The position numbers and the translations under genes are program-made. The notes beneath the pieces are model-generated. The model worked only from the letters and a program-made list of their open reading frames with translations, did no database searches and was not told the origin of the DNA. 64,000 nt of DNA from Planctomycetota bacterium. Its GTDB lineage: Bacteria; Planctomycetota; SZUA-567; H5-PLA8. Below, one piece after another: positions 1 to 10,300 of the stretch (position 1 is its first letter; each line of letters begins with the position of its first letter). Location: positions 64,001-128,000 of the forward strand of contig JBBRPR010000001.1 in NCBI GenBank assembly GCA_038227875.1. The letters run 5' to 3'.

Positions 1-3000
1 GAAAGTGCCACTCAGCTTCGCGATGTCCTCGCCGAGCGTCACGTTCTGCGCCAGCCGTTCCCACCAGTTTTCGCGCCCAGCGCCTTTTAGAGACGGCAGC
101 GATTCCAGTTCGGCCCAGCGCTTCTCGATGTCTTCCGGCGGCGCGACGCGTTTGAGGGACTGTGACCAGAGCGCGTGGCCGTCCGGATCCAACAGCATCG
201 CATCGCCGCGTGTCGTGCCGGCGGCAATGCGGCCGTCTTTCAGCAGCGCTATTTGGGCACCACCATGGAGGTCCGTCTCCCAAAGCTTCTTCAGCGTGTA
301 GTCGAAGGCGGTGAGATGACCGGTGCTGTCGGAGATGATGATCCGCTGCCGATTTTCGTCGGAGACGAGCGACAGAATCATTGCGTTCATGCAGACGGAA
401 TGCGCCTCCGTCCAGTCGGGATTGGTGACGCTGAGCGTGTCGCCGATCGTGAAGACGAATTGCCTGCTGCTGAGCAGCGCGTGCTGTGAGAAATTGACCG
501 AGCCGCCCATAAACGTCGGCATGGTGAAGCGCGGGTAGGCGATTGGTTTCAGATTTCCGTCGAGGAGCACATAGATGGACGTGGGGAGCCCCGTCAATTC
601 CGCGAGGAAGAACGCGCCCTCATTCAGTGCGGTGAGTTTCTTGAGCTTTGCCTGCTTGTCGGGCGGAAAGTGTGCGAATTCACGGATCACCGCGAGTTCC
701 ACCGGCGCGCGGCGCTGTTCCTGGCCGGTCAGCGCGTCGCAGAAGATCACGTCATCGGCTTCTTTTCCCGCGATGCCTGGCGCTTTGCCTGTGAGCCGGT
801 AAATGAGCGTCTTTCCGCCTTCGGCTGTCGCCATGAAGCGCGCGGCGCGCCCGAACAGGATCTCGAAGGTGTTCTCGCACTTTTCCCACTCGTCGAATTG
901 CCAGAGCGTCTTGAGCTCCATGTCGAGCACGCGCATGGCGGTGCCTTCGTTCAGTACCAGGTAGCGGCCTTGCGGATCGACATAGTCCTGCATGTCACGA
1001 TTTCGTCCGAAGTTCAGGCGCCAGCGGAGCGAGCCATCGGGCTCGCGCAGATACAGGGTGCCATCGGAGAGCACGGCCAGGTGCTGGTTGTCGGGAAACT
1101 GTTCTAGGCCGAGCGTGTTGATGTGGCCGATCTTTTCTTCGAGCAGCGGCTTGCCGGCGGCGTCGAAGACGAACACGTTCTTCGCGTACGCCAGCGTGCC
1201 GAACGCAATGCGGTCACCGGACGGCGAGACGGAAATCGTCTCCACTGGGGATCCGTCCTGATTGGCGAATGGCGCACTATCCGCGGTGGGCGGAACGGCG
1301 GTGTCCTTTTGCGTCGCAGCCAATTTTGCTGGCGCAACCTCCGCCTTTTTCACTTCCGGCGCAGCGAGTTTCGAAAGTTCCGCCAGCGCCGCGCGGATGC
1401 CGGCGTCGTCGGGCCCGAAGGCGCAGAGTACATCGCGGCCGAAGGCAAACGGACTGCGCACGACCGTGAGCATACCGCGCCCCGGGCCGGGGTAGCTGAC
1501 AGTCAGGCTGCGTGCGAGCAACTGGCCTTCCTGCAACTCTTCGATCAATGCATTCTCGCCTTCGCCGCCGAGTAACATGAAATGGTGTTCAATGTACTGC
1601 GCGGGCGGGAGCTCCGACCAGCCCTCCCACAGATGAAGGCGTTCTTCCTTTGCATAGACGTCGGGATTGTCGGTGCGCTTGATTTCGGCCTTGATCCCCA
1701 GTGCCGCGAGCTGTTTCACGGCTTCTTCGGCCAAGGGCAGTTTGGACGCGGCCTGCGTTTCGCTGAGCAGAATCCAGATGCCTTCGCCGTCCTTCTTGCG
1801 GCTTTCAATGAATTCACGGACCAGATCGGCGCGCTGGACGTCGACGACCGGCAGTACTTTCAACGCGGCCGTGAAGGGAAGATTCTGCGGCTTGTCGACC
1901 GAAATGGACGCCTCGACGCGATGGCCGCTCAGCAAGTCGTCGACGCTGATCGTCCATTTTCCCGGAGCGAATCCCAGCGGCAGCGAGACGGCCGAGTCGC
2001 AGGCGTTCACGGCGGCCGCGTAGAGCGTATCGACGGGTTTGCCAGCGCCATCGAGAATGCTGATACGCAGCGGGATCGAGGCGTTGATGGGGTGGCCTGC
2101 CTTGTCGAGTGGCGTAATTTTAATGAGCGCTTGCGTTCCGAGCGTCGCGGCCTCCGGAGCTTCGAGACGCAGCGCCGCAATCGCTTGCGGCAAGCTGACG
2201 AAAATGCGATACGGCGTGAACGTCAGGTCGCAGGCGACGGACGTGCGGCCGTCTTTCTGCACGGACGTGTCGATCGGCTGCTCCGTGAGCAGATCATAGG
2301 TCGTGTAGTCGCTCTGCAGCCACAGCGTCTCGCGGCGCGGCATGACCGTCTGTTCGTTGGCTTCGCCATCGAAGGAACTGTTGTCCGGATTTCCCGTGAG
2401 GCGCGGCGTGCCCATGAAACTGGGATAGGTCATATTCCACACGAACGTATATCGCGCGTCGCCGGCGCGGTTGGTCTGGACCATGAGGTGGTCGGTCTCC
2501 GGTCTGGCGAACGGCTGCGCTTTCACGGCCGTGAGCGCTTCGCGCAGCTTCGGGATTCTGCTCCGCATCTGACTGAACCACCAGGCGTGTTCGATGTCGA
2601 GCGGATCGCGGCTGCGCGTGTTGACGTCGCCGAGTTCTTCGAAGTCGTCGTCGATTAACTTCGCGCCTGAAGGCACGAGCGTGGAGAGCGAACCGAGCAG
2701 CACGGCATTGCCCTTCGCGGCAAATTTCTCCAGCGCGAGTTTGTGCTGCGGCAGAAGGTAATGCAGCGCGGGTACGATGACGACCTTGAAGCGGTCAAGC
2801 TCACCCTTGTCGATCATCTCTTCGCTCAGCACTTCCGAGTCGTAACCCAGCAGCGCCAGTTGCGTGATGCAGGTGTACGTGCCAGAGACGCCGATGTTCA
2901 TCTTCCATTTCTCATGGTTGATCGCCATGAGTTCGTACATGGTCTGGTGGAACGGATAGAGCACTGCAATCTCGCCCTGCGGCTTGACGTGCTTGAACAT

Positions 3001-5922
3001 CGGGCCGTACGTGTGGAGGAAATCGCGGATCTGCTGGTAGTCTTCGGGCAGGTATGTTTTGGCGTGGTCGTCGACTTCGAGCAGAGGTCGTGTGCCGGCG
3101 AAGCCCAAGCCATGGACACCGGCAGCAAGATGTTCAATCACATGCTTTTTGATGTTTCCGTGCATGCCCGTGTAGGTGAAGAGCGTGCCCCAGATTTCAT
3201 CGCCCGTCATCTGCAGAAATTTCGGACGCAGAAACGGTTCGAGAATCAGGCTGTAGCCAAAATCGCTGAAGCCGGTCCAGACCATCAGCGGACCTTGATT
3301 GGCGTTGGCGGTGACGGGGTAAGTGCCGTTGCCGGTGAAGCCCCAGCCGGGACCTTCGTTGACCAGCTTCATGCCGGGAATGATTGGATCAACGGCCTTG
3401 CGCGCCGTGCCGTAGAAATCGCCCATGAGTGAGTTGCATTCGAACTGCCACGCTTCCCACTGTTTGGCCTGATCGGCGAGTGCTTCGGTGACGGGCGTGC
3501 CGTGGAGCAAGGCGTTGATGAACTGCGTACCGGGAGCCATCGTCGGGACGTCGTAGCCGTACTTCGCTTTGAAATTTTTGTTCTGCGCTTCCATGCGCGC
3601 GTGCCGTCCTGGGTCGACGATCTCGGAATTGCCGAGCGGATCAGTATTCGGGTAGACCAACGCGAGGCCGTCGAAATTTTCGAACTTCCGGCCGATCTGC
3701 GCGATGAGCTGAAACTTGCGCATCTCCGAATGAACGTCTTTCACGACGCTGTGCATCAGCGAGATCATGCTTAAGTTGCAGACCGCGCCGTTGACTTCGC
3801 TGATGCCTTCGCGCATCAGCGCTTCGTGGACGCTCTCGAAATGGTTTTGATAGTAGTAGACCTCGTGCGACGGCAGCGCCGGCGCGTGGCGCAGCACCTT
3901 CTCGACTTCCGCCACTTCGCTCGACGAATCGCGGCCCATGTAATCGGAGAGCGGATGGAAGCCGTACCAGTCGAGCAACACGGTATCGAGCTCGCGACCG
4001 AGGATCGAGGCGTTGCGGCGGAAGGCTTCGCGCGATTCGTTCGCGGCGGTGATGCTCGGTGGCACGTTCACCCACTGTTTGCCTGCGTCGACGTTGTAGT
4101 GGCTGAAGCGCCCCGAACCGTATATGGGAAAGCTGCTTTGTGCCCGCGCACGTGCGACGTGAAGCGACCAGGTATTGGACGTCACGGCGCCCAGCGCGGC
4201 CGAGGCGGTGTAATCTCCCGCCGCCAGCGCCGCGGTCGCCTTGCCCTGCACGACGAAGTGGAACGGATGGCAACCGGGTTCAAGCGCCGGAATCTCCTGA
4301 TCGACGAGCGCGAACTCCTCCGCGCCGCGCTTGAGCACCAGATGCAGATGCGAGGCTGGGACCGCCGCGGAACTTTTCACCACGACGCTCAGCGGCAGAT
4401 CCGCGCCATTCAGGAACGCGTGCCGGCCAGTCGGACTGAACACGGAAAGATTCGTGCGCGCCGCCGAATCGATGATGCCCTGAATGAAATCCGCGCGCAG
4501 CGGCGAGGCGGGCGAGCAGTAGCCGCGCTTGTCAATGACGATCCGCAACCAGTACACGTTGCTGGCGACAGCGGGCATGATCGCGTTGTAAATGTCGGCT
4601 TCCGACGTTCCTTCCAGGCGGAGCTGGCGCCATTCCGCGAGATTTGTCGTTTCGTCGGGCGAGCCCCGCAGTATGCCGTCGTCCTGGAGCACCGGCGGCT
4701 GCCAGAGGTACGCGGCGACTTCCGGCGGCGCGAGCGTGCCGTTGTCGAACGCATCGGTAAACTGTGCGCGAATGCGCAGCGGCTTGCCGGTCTCGGATTC
4801 GTAACCAGGCAGCGCGACCTGAAAGATGCGCGGTTCATGGGATTCGGAGGAGGTCGCGTCGACAATGATTTTGCGCCGCGGAAACGCGCCGAAGTCGCCG
4901 TGAAATCTGGCCGAGACGGCGACGCGCGTTCCCGTGCTGATGCTCGCGCCATCGCTGGCACTGTAGGCATAAAACGTCTTGGTCGTTTCCTTCTTGTTCT
5001 CATCGGCGTCGGCTGAAAGCCGTCCTGACGCGCCGTTGATCGAGACGTGAACTTTCTTGCCGCGCAGGACGACCGGCACCGCGGTCTTGGGAATCGTGAT
5101 CGTGAAACCGTTCTCCACGGGAACATCGGCATCCGTGGCAACCTTGCCGTTCGTATCGAGGATTTCGACGCCCTTGTCGGTGAGATGGAAATGGCGCTCC
5201 GAGGGCACAAGACGGTACCCGGTCCCGACCCTGTTCGTGAGCATGTAGAGCGTGAGGTGCTTGAACGTCGCCGTCGCGCTGAGGTACTTCTCTTTCGGAA
5301 TCAGCTCCTCCTCGCCGCTGAGGATGCGCAGCGCGACGGGCAGGCGCCGGAGTTCCGCGGGCATTTCGCGCACGGCGCTGCCGTCGACGGCGAGAATCGA
5401 GACAGGAAAAAGCGTGATGTCCAGCGTCCTGCCGTTTACGCGCAGCGTGGGATCAGCTGTCGTGATTTTATCGCCGGCGATGGTGAACGTGTGTGCACCG
5501 GGGTCGATTGTGTGTTCGCCATCGGCGAGTTTCAGTTCGAGCACGTCGGCGCGGCGCAGGAAACTGGTCTTACCGTTGCTTTCGTAGGTCAACTGAAACT
5601 GATGCGTCTTGTCGATCATGATCGCGCGCATGTAATTGCAGTAGTGATCGAACTCGGCCCTTGGATTGACCTCAGTGTCGGTCACCATCGGCTTGCCGCC
5701 GTTCCGCGCGAGCTGGCCGGAGGCTCCGGCGAGATCGGCCTTCGCTTTATCCAACTCGGCCTGAACGTTGATCTCCGTCATTGCCGTCGAGACCACTTGA
5801 TCGGGCGCGTCACTGCGGACCAGGCGCAGCGTCACCTCGAGCGCCGACGCGGCCGGGAGTATGCTCAAGGCAAGAGCAAAGGCGATTGCAGCGCGTGTCA
5901 ACGCGATTGGATTAGTGCTCAC
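1..5922 (-). CDS. Giant exported protein (>=1974 aa, 3' end beyond window): GH42-like barrel + trimerisation-like domain + C-terminal beta-propeller
   Basis: Not in ORF track. Manual translation from GTG 5922 (GAGG upstream, overlaps upstream stop) gives MSTNPIALTRAAIAFALALSILPAASALEV (signal peptide) and stays open to base 1. Contains NFKAKYGY, WEAWQFECNSLMGDFY, GEIAVLYP, LDRFKVVIVPALHYL and propeller-like segments (SVSPSGDRIAFG, DGSLRW, DGHALW). Confidence 0.85.
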   Translation of the reverse strand, partial: MSTNPIALTRAAIAFALALSILPAASALEVTLRLVRSDAPDQVVSTAMTEINVQAELDKAKADLAGASGQLARNGGKPMVTDTEVNPRAEFDHYCNYMRAIMIDKTHQFQLTYESNGKTSFLRRADVLELKLADGEHTIDPGAHTFTIAGDKITTADPTLRVNGRTLDITLFPVSILAVDGSAVREMPAELRRLPVALRILSGEEELIPKEKYLSATATFKHLTLYMLTNRVGTGYRLVPSERHFHLTDKGVEILDTNGKVATDADVPVENGFTITIPKTAVPVVLRGKKVHVSINGASGRLSADADENKKETTKTFYAYSASDGASISTGTRVAVSARFHGDFGAFPRRKIIVDATSSESHEPRIFQVALPGYESETGKPLRIRAQFTDAFDNGTLAPPEVAAYLWQPPVLQDDGILRGSPDETTNLAEWRQLRLEGTSEADIYNAIMPAVASNVYWLRIVIDKRGYCSPASPLRADFIQGIIDSAARTNLSVFSPTGRHAFLNGADLPLSVVVKSSAAVPASHLHLVLKRGAEEFALVDQEIPALEPGCHPFHFVVQGKATAALAAGDYTASAALGAVTSNTWSLHVARARAQSSFPIYGSGRFSHYNVDAGKQWVNVPPSITAANESREAFRRNASILGRELDTVLLDWYGFHPLSDYMGRDSSSEVAEVEKVLRHAPALPSHEVYYYQNHFESVHEALMREGISEVNGAVCNLSMISLMHSVVKDVHSEMRKFQLIAQIGRKFENFDGLALVYPNTDPLGNSEIVDPGRHARMEAQNKNFKAKYGYDVPTMAPGTQFINALLHGTPVTEALADQAKQWEAWQFECNSLMGDFYGTARKAVDPIIPGMKLVNEGPGWGFTGNGTYPVTANANQGPLMVWTGFSDFGYSLILEPFLRPKFLQMTGDEIWGTLFTYTGMHGNIKKHVIEHLAAGVHGLGFAGTRPLLEVDDHAKTYLPEDYQQIRDFLHTYGPMFKHVKPQGEIAVLYPFHQTMYELMAINHEKWKMNIGVSGTYTCITQLALLGYDSEVLSEEMIDKGELDRFKVVIVPALHYLLPQHKLALEKFAAKGNAVLLGSLSTLVPSGAKLIDDDFEELGDVNTRSRDPLDIEHAWWFSQMRSRIPKLREALTAVKAQPFARPETDHLMVQTNRAGDARYTFVWNMTYPSFMGTPRLTGNPDNSSFDGEANEQTVMPRRETLWLQSDYTTYDLLTEQPIDTSVQKDGRTSVACDLTFTPYRIFVSLPQAIAALRLEAPEAATLGTQALIKITPLDKAGHPINASIPLRISILDGAGKPVDTLYAAAVNACDSAVSLPLGFAPGKWTISVDDLLSGHRVEASISVDKPQNLPFTAALKVLPVVDVQRADLVREFIESRKKDGEGIWILLSETQAASKLPLAEEAVKQLAALGIKAEIKRTDNPDVYAKEERLHLWEGWSELPPAQYIEHHFMLLGGEGENALIEELQEGQLLARSLTVSYPGPGRGMLTVVRSPFAFGRDVLCAFGPDDAGIRAALAELSKLAAPEVKKAEVAPAKLAATQKDTAVPPTADSAPFANQDGSPVETISVSPSGDRIAFGTLAYAKNVFVFDAAGKPLLEEKIGHINTLGLEQFPDNQHLAVLSDGTLYLREPDGSLRWRLNFGRNRDMQDYVDPQGRYLVLNEGTAMRVLDMELKTLWQFDEWEKCENTFEILFGRAARFMATAEGGKTLIYRLTGKAPGIAGKEADDVIFCDALTGQEQRRAPVELAVIREFAHFPPDKQAKLKKLTALNEGAFFLAELTGLPTSIYVLLDGNLKPIAYPRFTMPTFMGGSVNFSQHALLSSRQFVFTIGDTLSVTNPDWTEAHSVCMNAMILSLVSDENRQRIIISDSTGHLTAFDYTLKKLWETDLHGGAQIALLKDGRIAAGTTRGDAMLLDPDGHALWSQSLKRVAPPEDIEKRWAELESLPSLKGAGRENWWERLAQNVTLGEDIAKLSGTF

Positions 5923-7345
5923 CGCTCGACCTCGTTTCCAGTTTCGTTTTGATTTTGTCCTGCCACACCCGGGAAGCGGCGCGGACTTCGCTGTTCGGAT
6001 CCAGGAGCATCGATTCCAGCAGCGGCAGGTCGTACTCATCGAGTACGCCGGTGTAGATGTAGAGCCCGAGCGTCTGCGTCGCCTCGAAGCGGACTTCGTC
6101 GGCTTCGTTGGTCAGGAAGCCCAGCAGTTCTTTGCGCGCCTCGCTGGTCCGCAATTCCGGTTCGCGCAGCAGCTTCAGAAAGACCGGTGCGAGCGTCCAG
6201 TCGCTCATGTTGCGCGCCAGGGGCCGCGCCGCCGGGCGTCCGATCTGGTGAATGGCGTCCTGGGCCGCCTCGGAAAGCTGGCGGACGCTTGTTTCCTTCA
6301 GCAGTTCGGCGATGGGACGGCCCGCGCGTTCACATTTGAACTTTCCCAGCAGCTGCACGGTCTGAATATAGAGCTCCGTGAGATCGTTGTTGGCACCGAG
6401 TTCCTTGCGCGGAAGTTTGAGCGTGTTGAGCAGCGTCGGCACGCAGCGCGCGTCGCCGAGTTTTCCGGCGATGACGGCGAGCGTGCCATTGTTGATCAGC
6501 ACCGGCAGGTGATTTTCCAGCGCGTCCTTGTCGTAGGGAATCGGCACGATGCGTCCGAGGCAGACGCCGACGACGTCGGAGCCCATCGCATCGATGGCGT
6601 GAATGATGGCCTGGCGGTTGAAACTGTTCTCGCGTTCCAGCGCTTCGATCAGCGCGGGGACGGCGTCGGTCGCTTTCGCCTCGCCCAGTGCGCGGATCGC
6701 GGCATGGCGGACCTGCGGGCTGGGTTCCTTCCAGACCACTTTGTCGACAAGCTTTGGATTGGTTTGCGGGGCACCGGGAGTGGTGTCGGGCACGCGTTCG
6801 ATTTCATAGGACAATCGCGCCGTCAAGCTGCCGAACAGATCCGTGCGGCGGCCGCGCCGGATCGCTTCGGCTGCAGCCATCCGAACCATTTCCAGCGGAT
6901 CAGCGGTTGCGGATCTCAGCGCTTGATCGCACTCCGGCGTGTGCAAATCCGTGAGCCCCATCACCGCTGCGACGCGCACCGCGGGATATGGATCGGATGA
7001 CAACGCGATCAGGGTTGCGCTCGCGCTGGCATCCGCGCCGCACTGCGTAATCGCCCACGTGACGGTGGCACGGAGTTCATCGTCCTTGGTCTGCGCGAGA
7101 GCAACGAGCGCCGGCAGCGCCGACTTTGCCTTGATCTGACCCAGCGCCTGCGCGGCAAGATCCGGTCGCGGCCCTTTCAGCGCATTCGTGAGTTCTCCGA
7201 CGGCCGCTTCGCCCTGCTTCACCACCGCGGCCAGTTCCGCGGGATTGTCGAGATGCGCGATCTGTTCGGCCAACTCCGCAGCGTACAAGTTCCACGCGAG
7301 TGTGCTGGCCAGCAGTGTTACGAGGAGTAGAGATCGTGGCATCAT
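5912..7345 (-). CDS. Exported HEAT/PBS-lyase repeat protein
   Basis: Repeats such as DPYPAVRVAAVMGL, DPLEMVRMAAAEAI, EPSPQVRHAAIRALG; signal peptide; ATGA overlap with upstream stop places start at 7345. Confidence 0.85.
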   Translation of the reverse strand: MMPRSLLLVTLLASTLAWNLYAAELAEQIAHLDNPAELAAVVKQGEAAVGELTNALKGPRPDLAAQALGQIKAKSALPALVALAQTKDDELRATVTWAITQCGADASASATLIALSSDPYPAVRVAAVMGLTDLHTPECDQALRSATADPLEMVRMAAAEAIRRGRRTDLFGSLTARLSYEIERVPDTTPGAPQTNPKLVDKVVWKEPSPQVRHAAIRALGEAKATDAVPALIEALERENSFNRQAIIHAIDAMGSDVVGVCLGRIVPIPYDKDALENHLPVLINNGTLAVIAGKLGDARCVPTLLNTLKLPRKELGANNDLTELYIQTVQLLGKFKCERAGRPIAELLKETSVRQLSEAAQDAIHQIGRPAARPLARNMSDWTLAPVFLKLLREPELRTSEARKELLGFLTNEADEVRFEATQTLGLYIYTGVLDEYDLPLLESMLLDPNSEVRAASRVWQDKIKTKLETRSSGEH

Positions 7346-10300
7346 TTCAGTTCCAGGTGCAAGTCGGCCCAATTTGCAATGTCGTCGTCGCGGCCGTCGC
7401 CGCCATCGTTGACCCAGAGCATGATGGAGATCTGATCCGAGACGTCGAGGTCAAAGGTTTTTGGTTCGCTGTACGCGGTCATGTAGTTGGAATCGAAGAG
7501 CGTCTTCTTGTTCAGCCCGCCGACGTAAAAGCGGACCGTGCCGCGCCCATTGGTGCAGTTGTCGATGCCGACGACGCCGTGGAGCGTTTTGTATTGCTTG
7601 TTGAGGCAGAGCACGATCAGGCTTTCGTCGAGCTTTGCGCCGGAATTGGTGCCGAGGCCTTTGCGGACCGTTTCCGGTTTCTTCAGGAACGACATCGCGG
7701 AGCCGATCACGTTCTTGTCGCGGCTGATGAAGGGCGCCGCCGGTCCGGCGGTGCCGCATAGCAGCGAAAGATCCGACGCATAGATTTTCCTGGAGCGCAG
7801 CGGTCCGCCCCAGTAGCAGTAGCTGGTCGCTTCGCTGTCGGGCGCGCCGGCGTTGACGAAGCGCAGCGTCGCGGATGGTTTGCCCGCGAAGAATGAATTG
7901 GGGATGATGTATTCGATGTCGCGCCAGCGGTAGCGGCGGTCAGCCAGCGGCGCGCACCATTGTCCCACGAACTGGTCGTTGCAATACACCTTCACGAGCT
8001 GGTTGCGCACGGAGTAGTTGATGCGTTTGCGCAGCATCAAATCGGCGTTGCCGAATTTCGAGACGTCGACGCTGAAACTTTCCTGACCCTTGAAGTGGCG
8101 TCCCGTGTCGATGATGTGGCGGCCGTATTCCGAGAAGTAATAACTGTCGACGGGGCCGACGAGATGGCTCTCTGTCGCCGCGTACTGCGCTGCCTTCTCG
8201 TCCTCGGCATCGCCGACATCAAGGTAGAACGAGAACTGCGTCTTCCACGCGGATTCCGGTGCGTCGTCGTAGACGATCACCGCGCGTTCGAGCTGCCGGA
8301 TCAGCGTTGTCGCATCGCTGTTGCTGAAGAGTGCATACTGTGGCGCGGGGCGCAGCGTGAGCTGCGGGCTTTCGCCGGCGTCGACTGAATTCCCAAATGT
8401 GTCGTAGATCGCATCCGGCCTAGTTGTGAACGGCAGCACGCTGGTGCCTTCGCGCCGCCACGACGCGAGCAGCAATGTGCCATCGGGACGCTTGAAAAGA
8501 TACGCGCGAGCCAGGCCGTCGCAGCGGTCGTTGAGAAAAACTTCACGGACAATCGTGGCGTCCTTCATCAGCGTGCTGACGGTCTTGGTCGCGATCGCGG
8601 CGGGCTTGATCGCGAAGCCTTCGCCAATGGGATAGATCAGGTCCGCGGAATTCTTCTCCGCGATTGTCTGCGTGCCGTCGGGCTGGACAAGAATGTTGTT
8701 GATGCCTTGTGCCTGGCATATCACCCACGCACGCGGAATGTAAAGCGCCTGGTTGAGTTCGCTGACCGAGCCCTGCGTGTCGCCGGTATTCCACGCGAGG
8801 TTCAGCACCCACAGCTCCGGCTTCACCTGCTCTTCCTTGCGCAATTTCTGTGCGCGGGCGAGCACGGCGTCGAGGTTTCCATCCTCTGGCGAAAGCGGGG
8901 CAGGGGAGGGCATGATGCCGATGCCGTCGACGTAATTCTGGCCGCCGGCTTCGATCACGCCGGCCAGGTACGTGTTGAGATTCTCGTACGGGATCGCACC
9001 GGAGATCAGCTTCGCCTTCGGATTCGCCTCCGTTGCGGCGCGCTTCGCGACTTCGAGCATCTTGTCGGTGTACTCTTCCGGCGTCGCGAAGTTCGCCTGA
9101 TCGGGGCGGTCCCACACGACCCACGTGTCAACCTGGCCAGCGAAATGTTCGAGCGTGCGGTGGACGTATTCTTCGAAGTAGATTGACCGCGTGGGCATCG
9201 CCACGGTGCTGCCGAACCATTCGTTGTAAAGTGAAATGTAGCGCGCACTGGGGTCGTAAAATTGCGGCGTGAAGCCCAGCGTGCCGATGACCGTTAGGCC
9301 CGCGTCCGTGCGTTTCTGGATGCCCGGCGTCAGCCAGTCGAATTGGAAGTAGCCAGGGAAATTTTCAATCGCCGGGCTGTTCTGCGTTGAGTGCCAGGTG
9401 AAGAGCATGTTGTCGGTGCGAAAGCCGAGCTCGGCGACGAGCTTGTTGCGGTCCCGCAGGATCGCGAAGAGTTCCGGCGCAGCCAGCGGTTTGCCCTGCG
9501 GTTCGTAGACGAGGAAATTCTGTTCCGGGTGCGGATTCTCGGCGGTCTTCGCCGGCGGAATCGTGGCGATAACTTTGCCGTTCGCGCGAGCTTCGAAGGT
9601 AAACGCGTAGGGCCCCATCGGCAGGTTCGTCACCGATGCGCGCTGGACATGTCGCGAACCCGGCGGAATTGTGGCGGTGCCCTCGGAGATCAGCGGCAGC
9701 TGTTTGCCGAAGAGATTCTCCAGCTTCGCGTTGAACTGGACCTGGAGTGCCTCGCCCCACAGCCACGCGTTGGAGATGACCACGGCAATCGCGTCGTTGC
9801 GGTAGAGCAGTCCCGACGGCTTGTTGGAATAGGTGCGAACGATGGGGCTGTCGGTCTTCTCGGCCTGCGACCACAGTTCGATGTCGTCGACCAGAATCTC
9901 CGCGTTCGTCGGTCCAGAGATCGTGACGTGATCCAGCGTCAACGGGTAGTCCACGACGCCGTTGGATTCCGGCGACGGCGAGCGCCGCGCTTCCGGCGCG
10001 GAGTAATCCGGCATCGGCAGCTCCACGTAGCGCCAATCGCCGGCGGACACATCGACGGGGCCGACAGTCCACGTGTCGTAGCGAATTTCTCCCATGTGGT
10101 TGATGCCCGGATCGCGCAGTTGCATGCGGACCTGCGCGGCAACCGGTGCCTTTATCCACAGGCCAAGTTTGACTGGACGGCCGGTCAGCGTGAGCGACAG
10201 GGGAATGTTGGTCTGGGAGGGCGCTCCCGGCGGAATCAGTGGCGCGCCGGGAGCGGATTTCAGCGGCTGCGGCCGCACAATCACGCCGAGTTCCCCGGAG

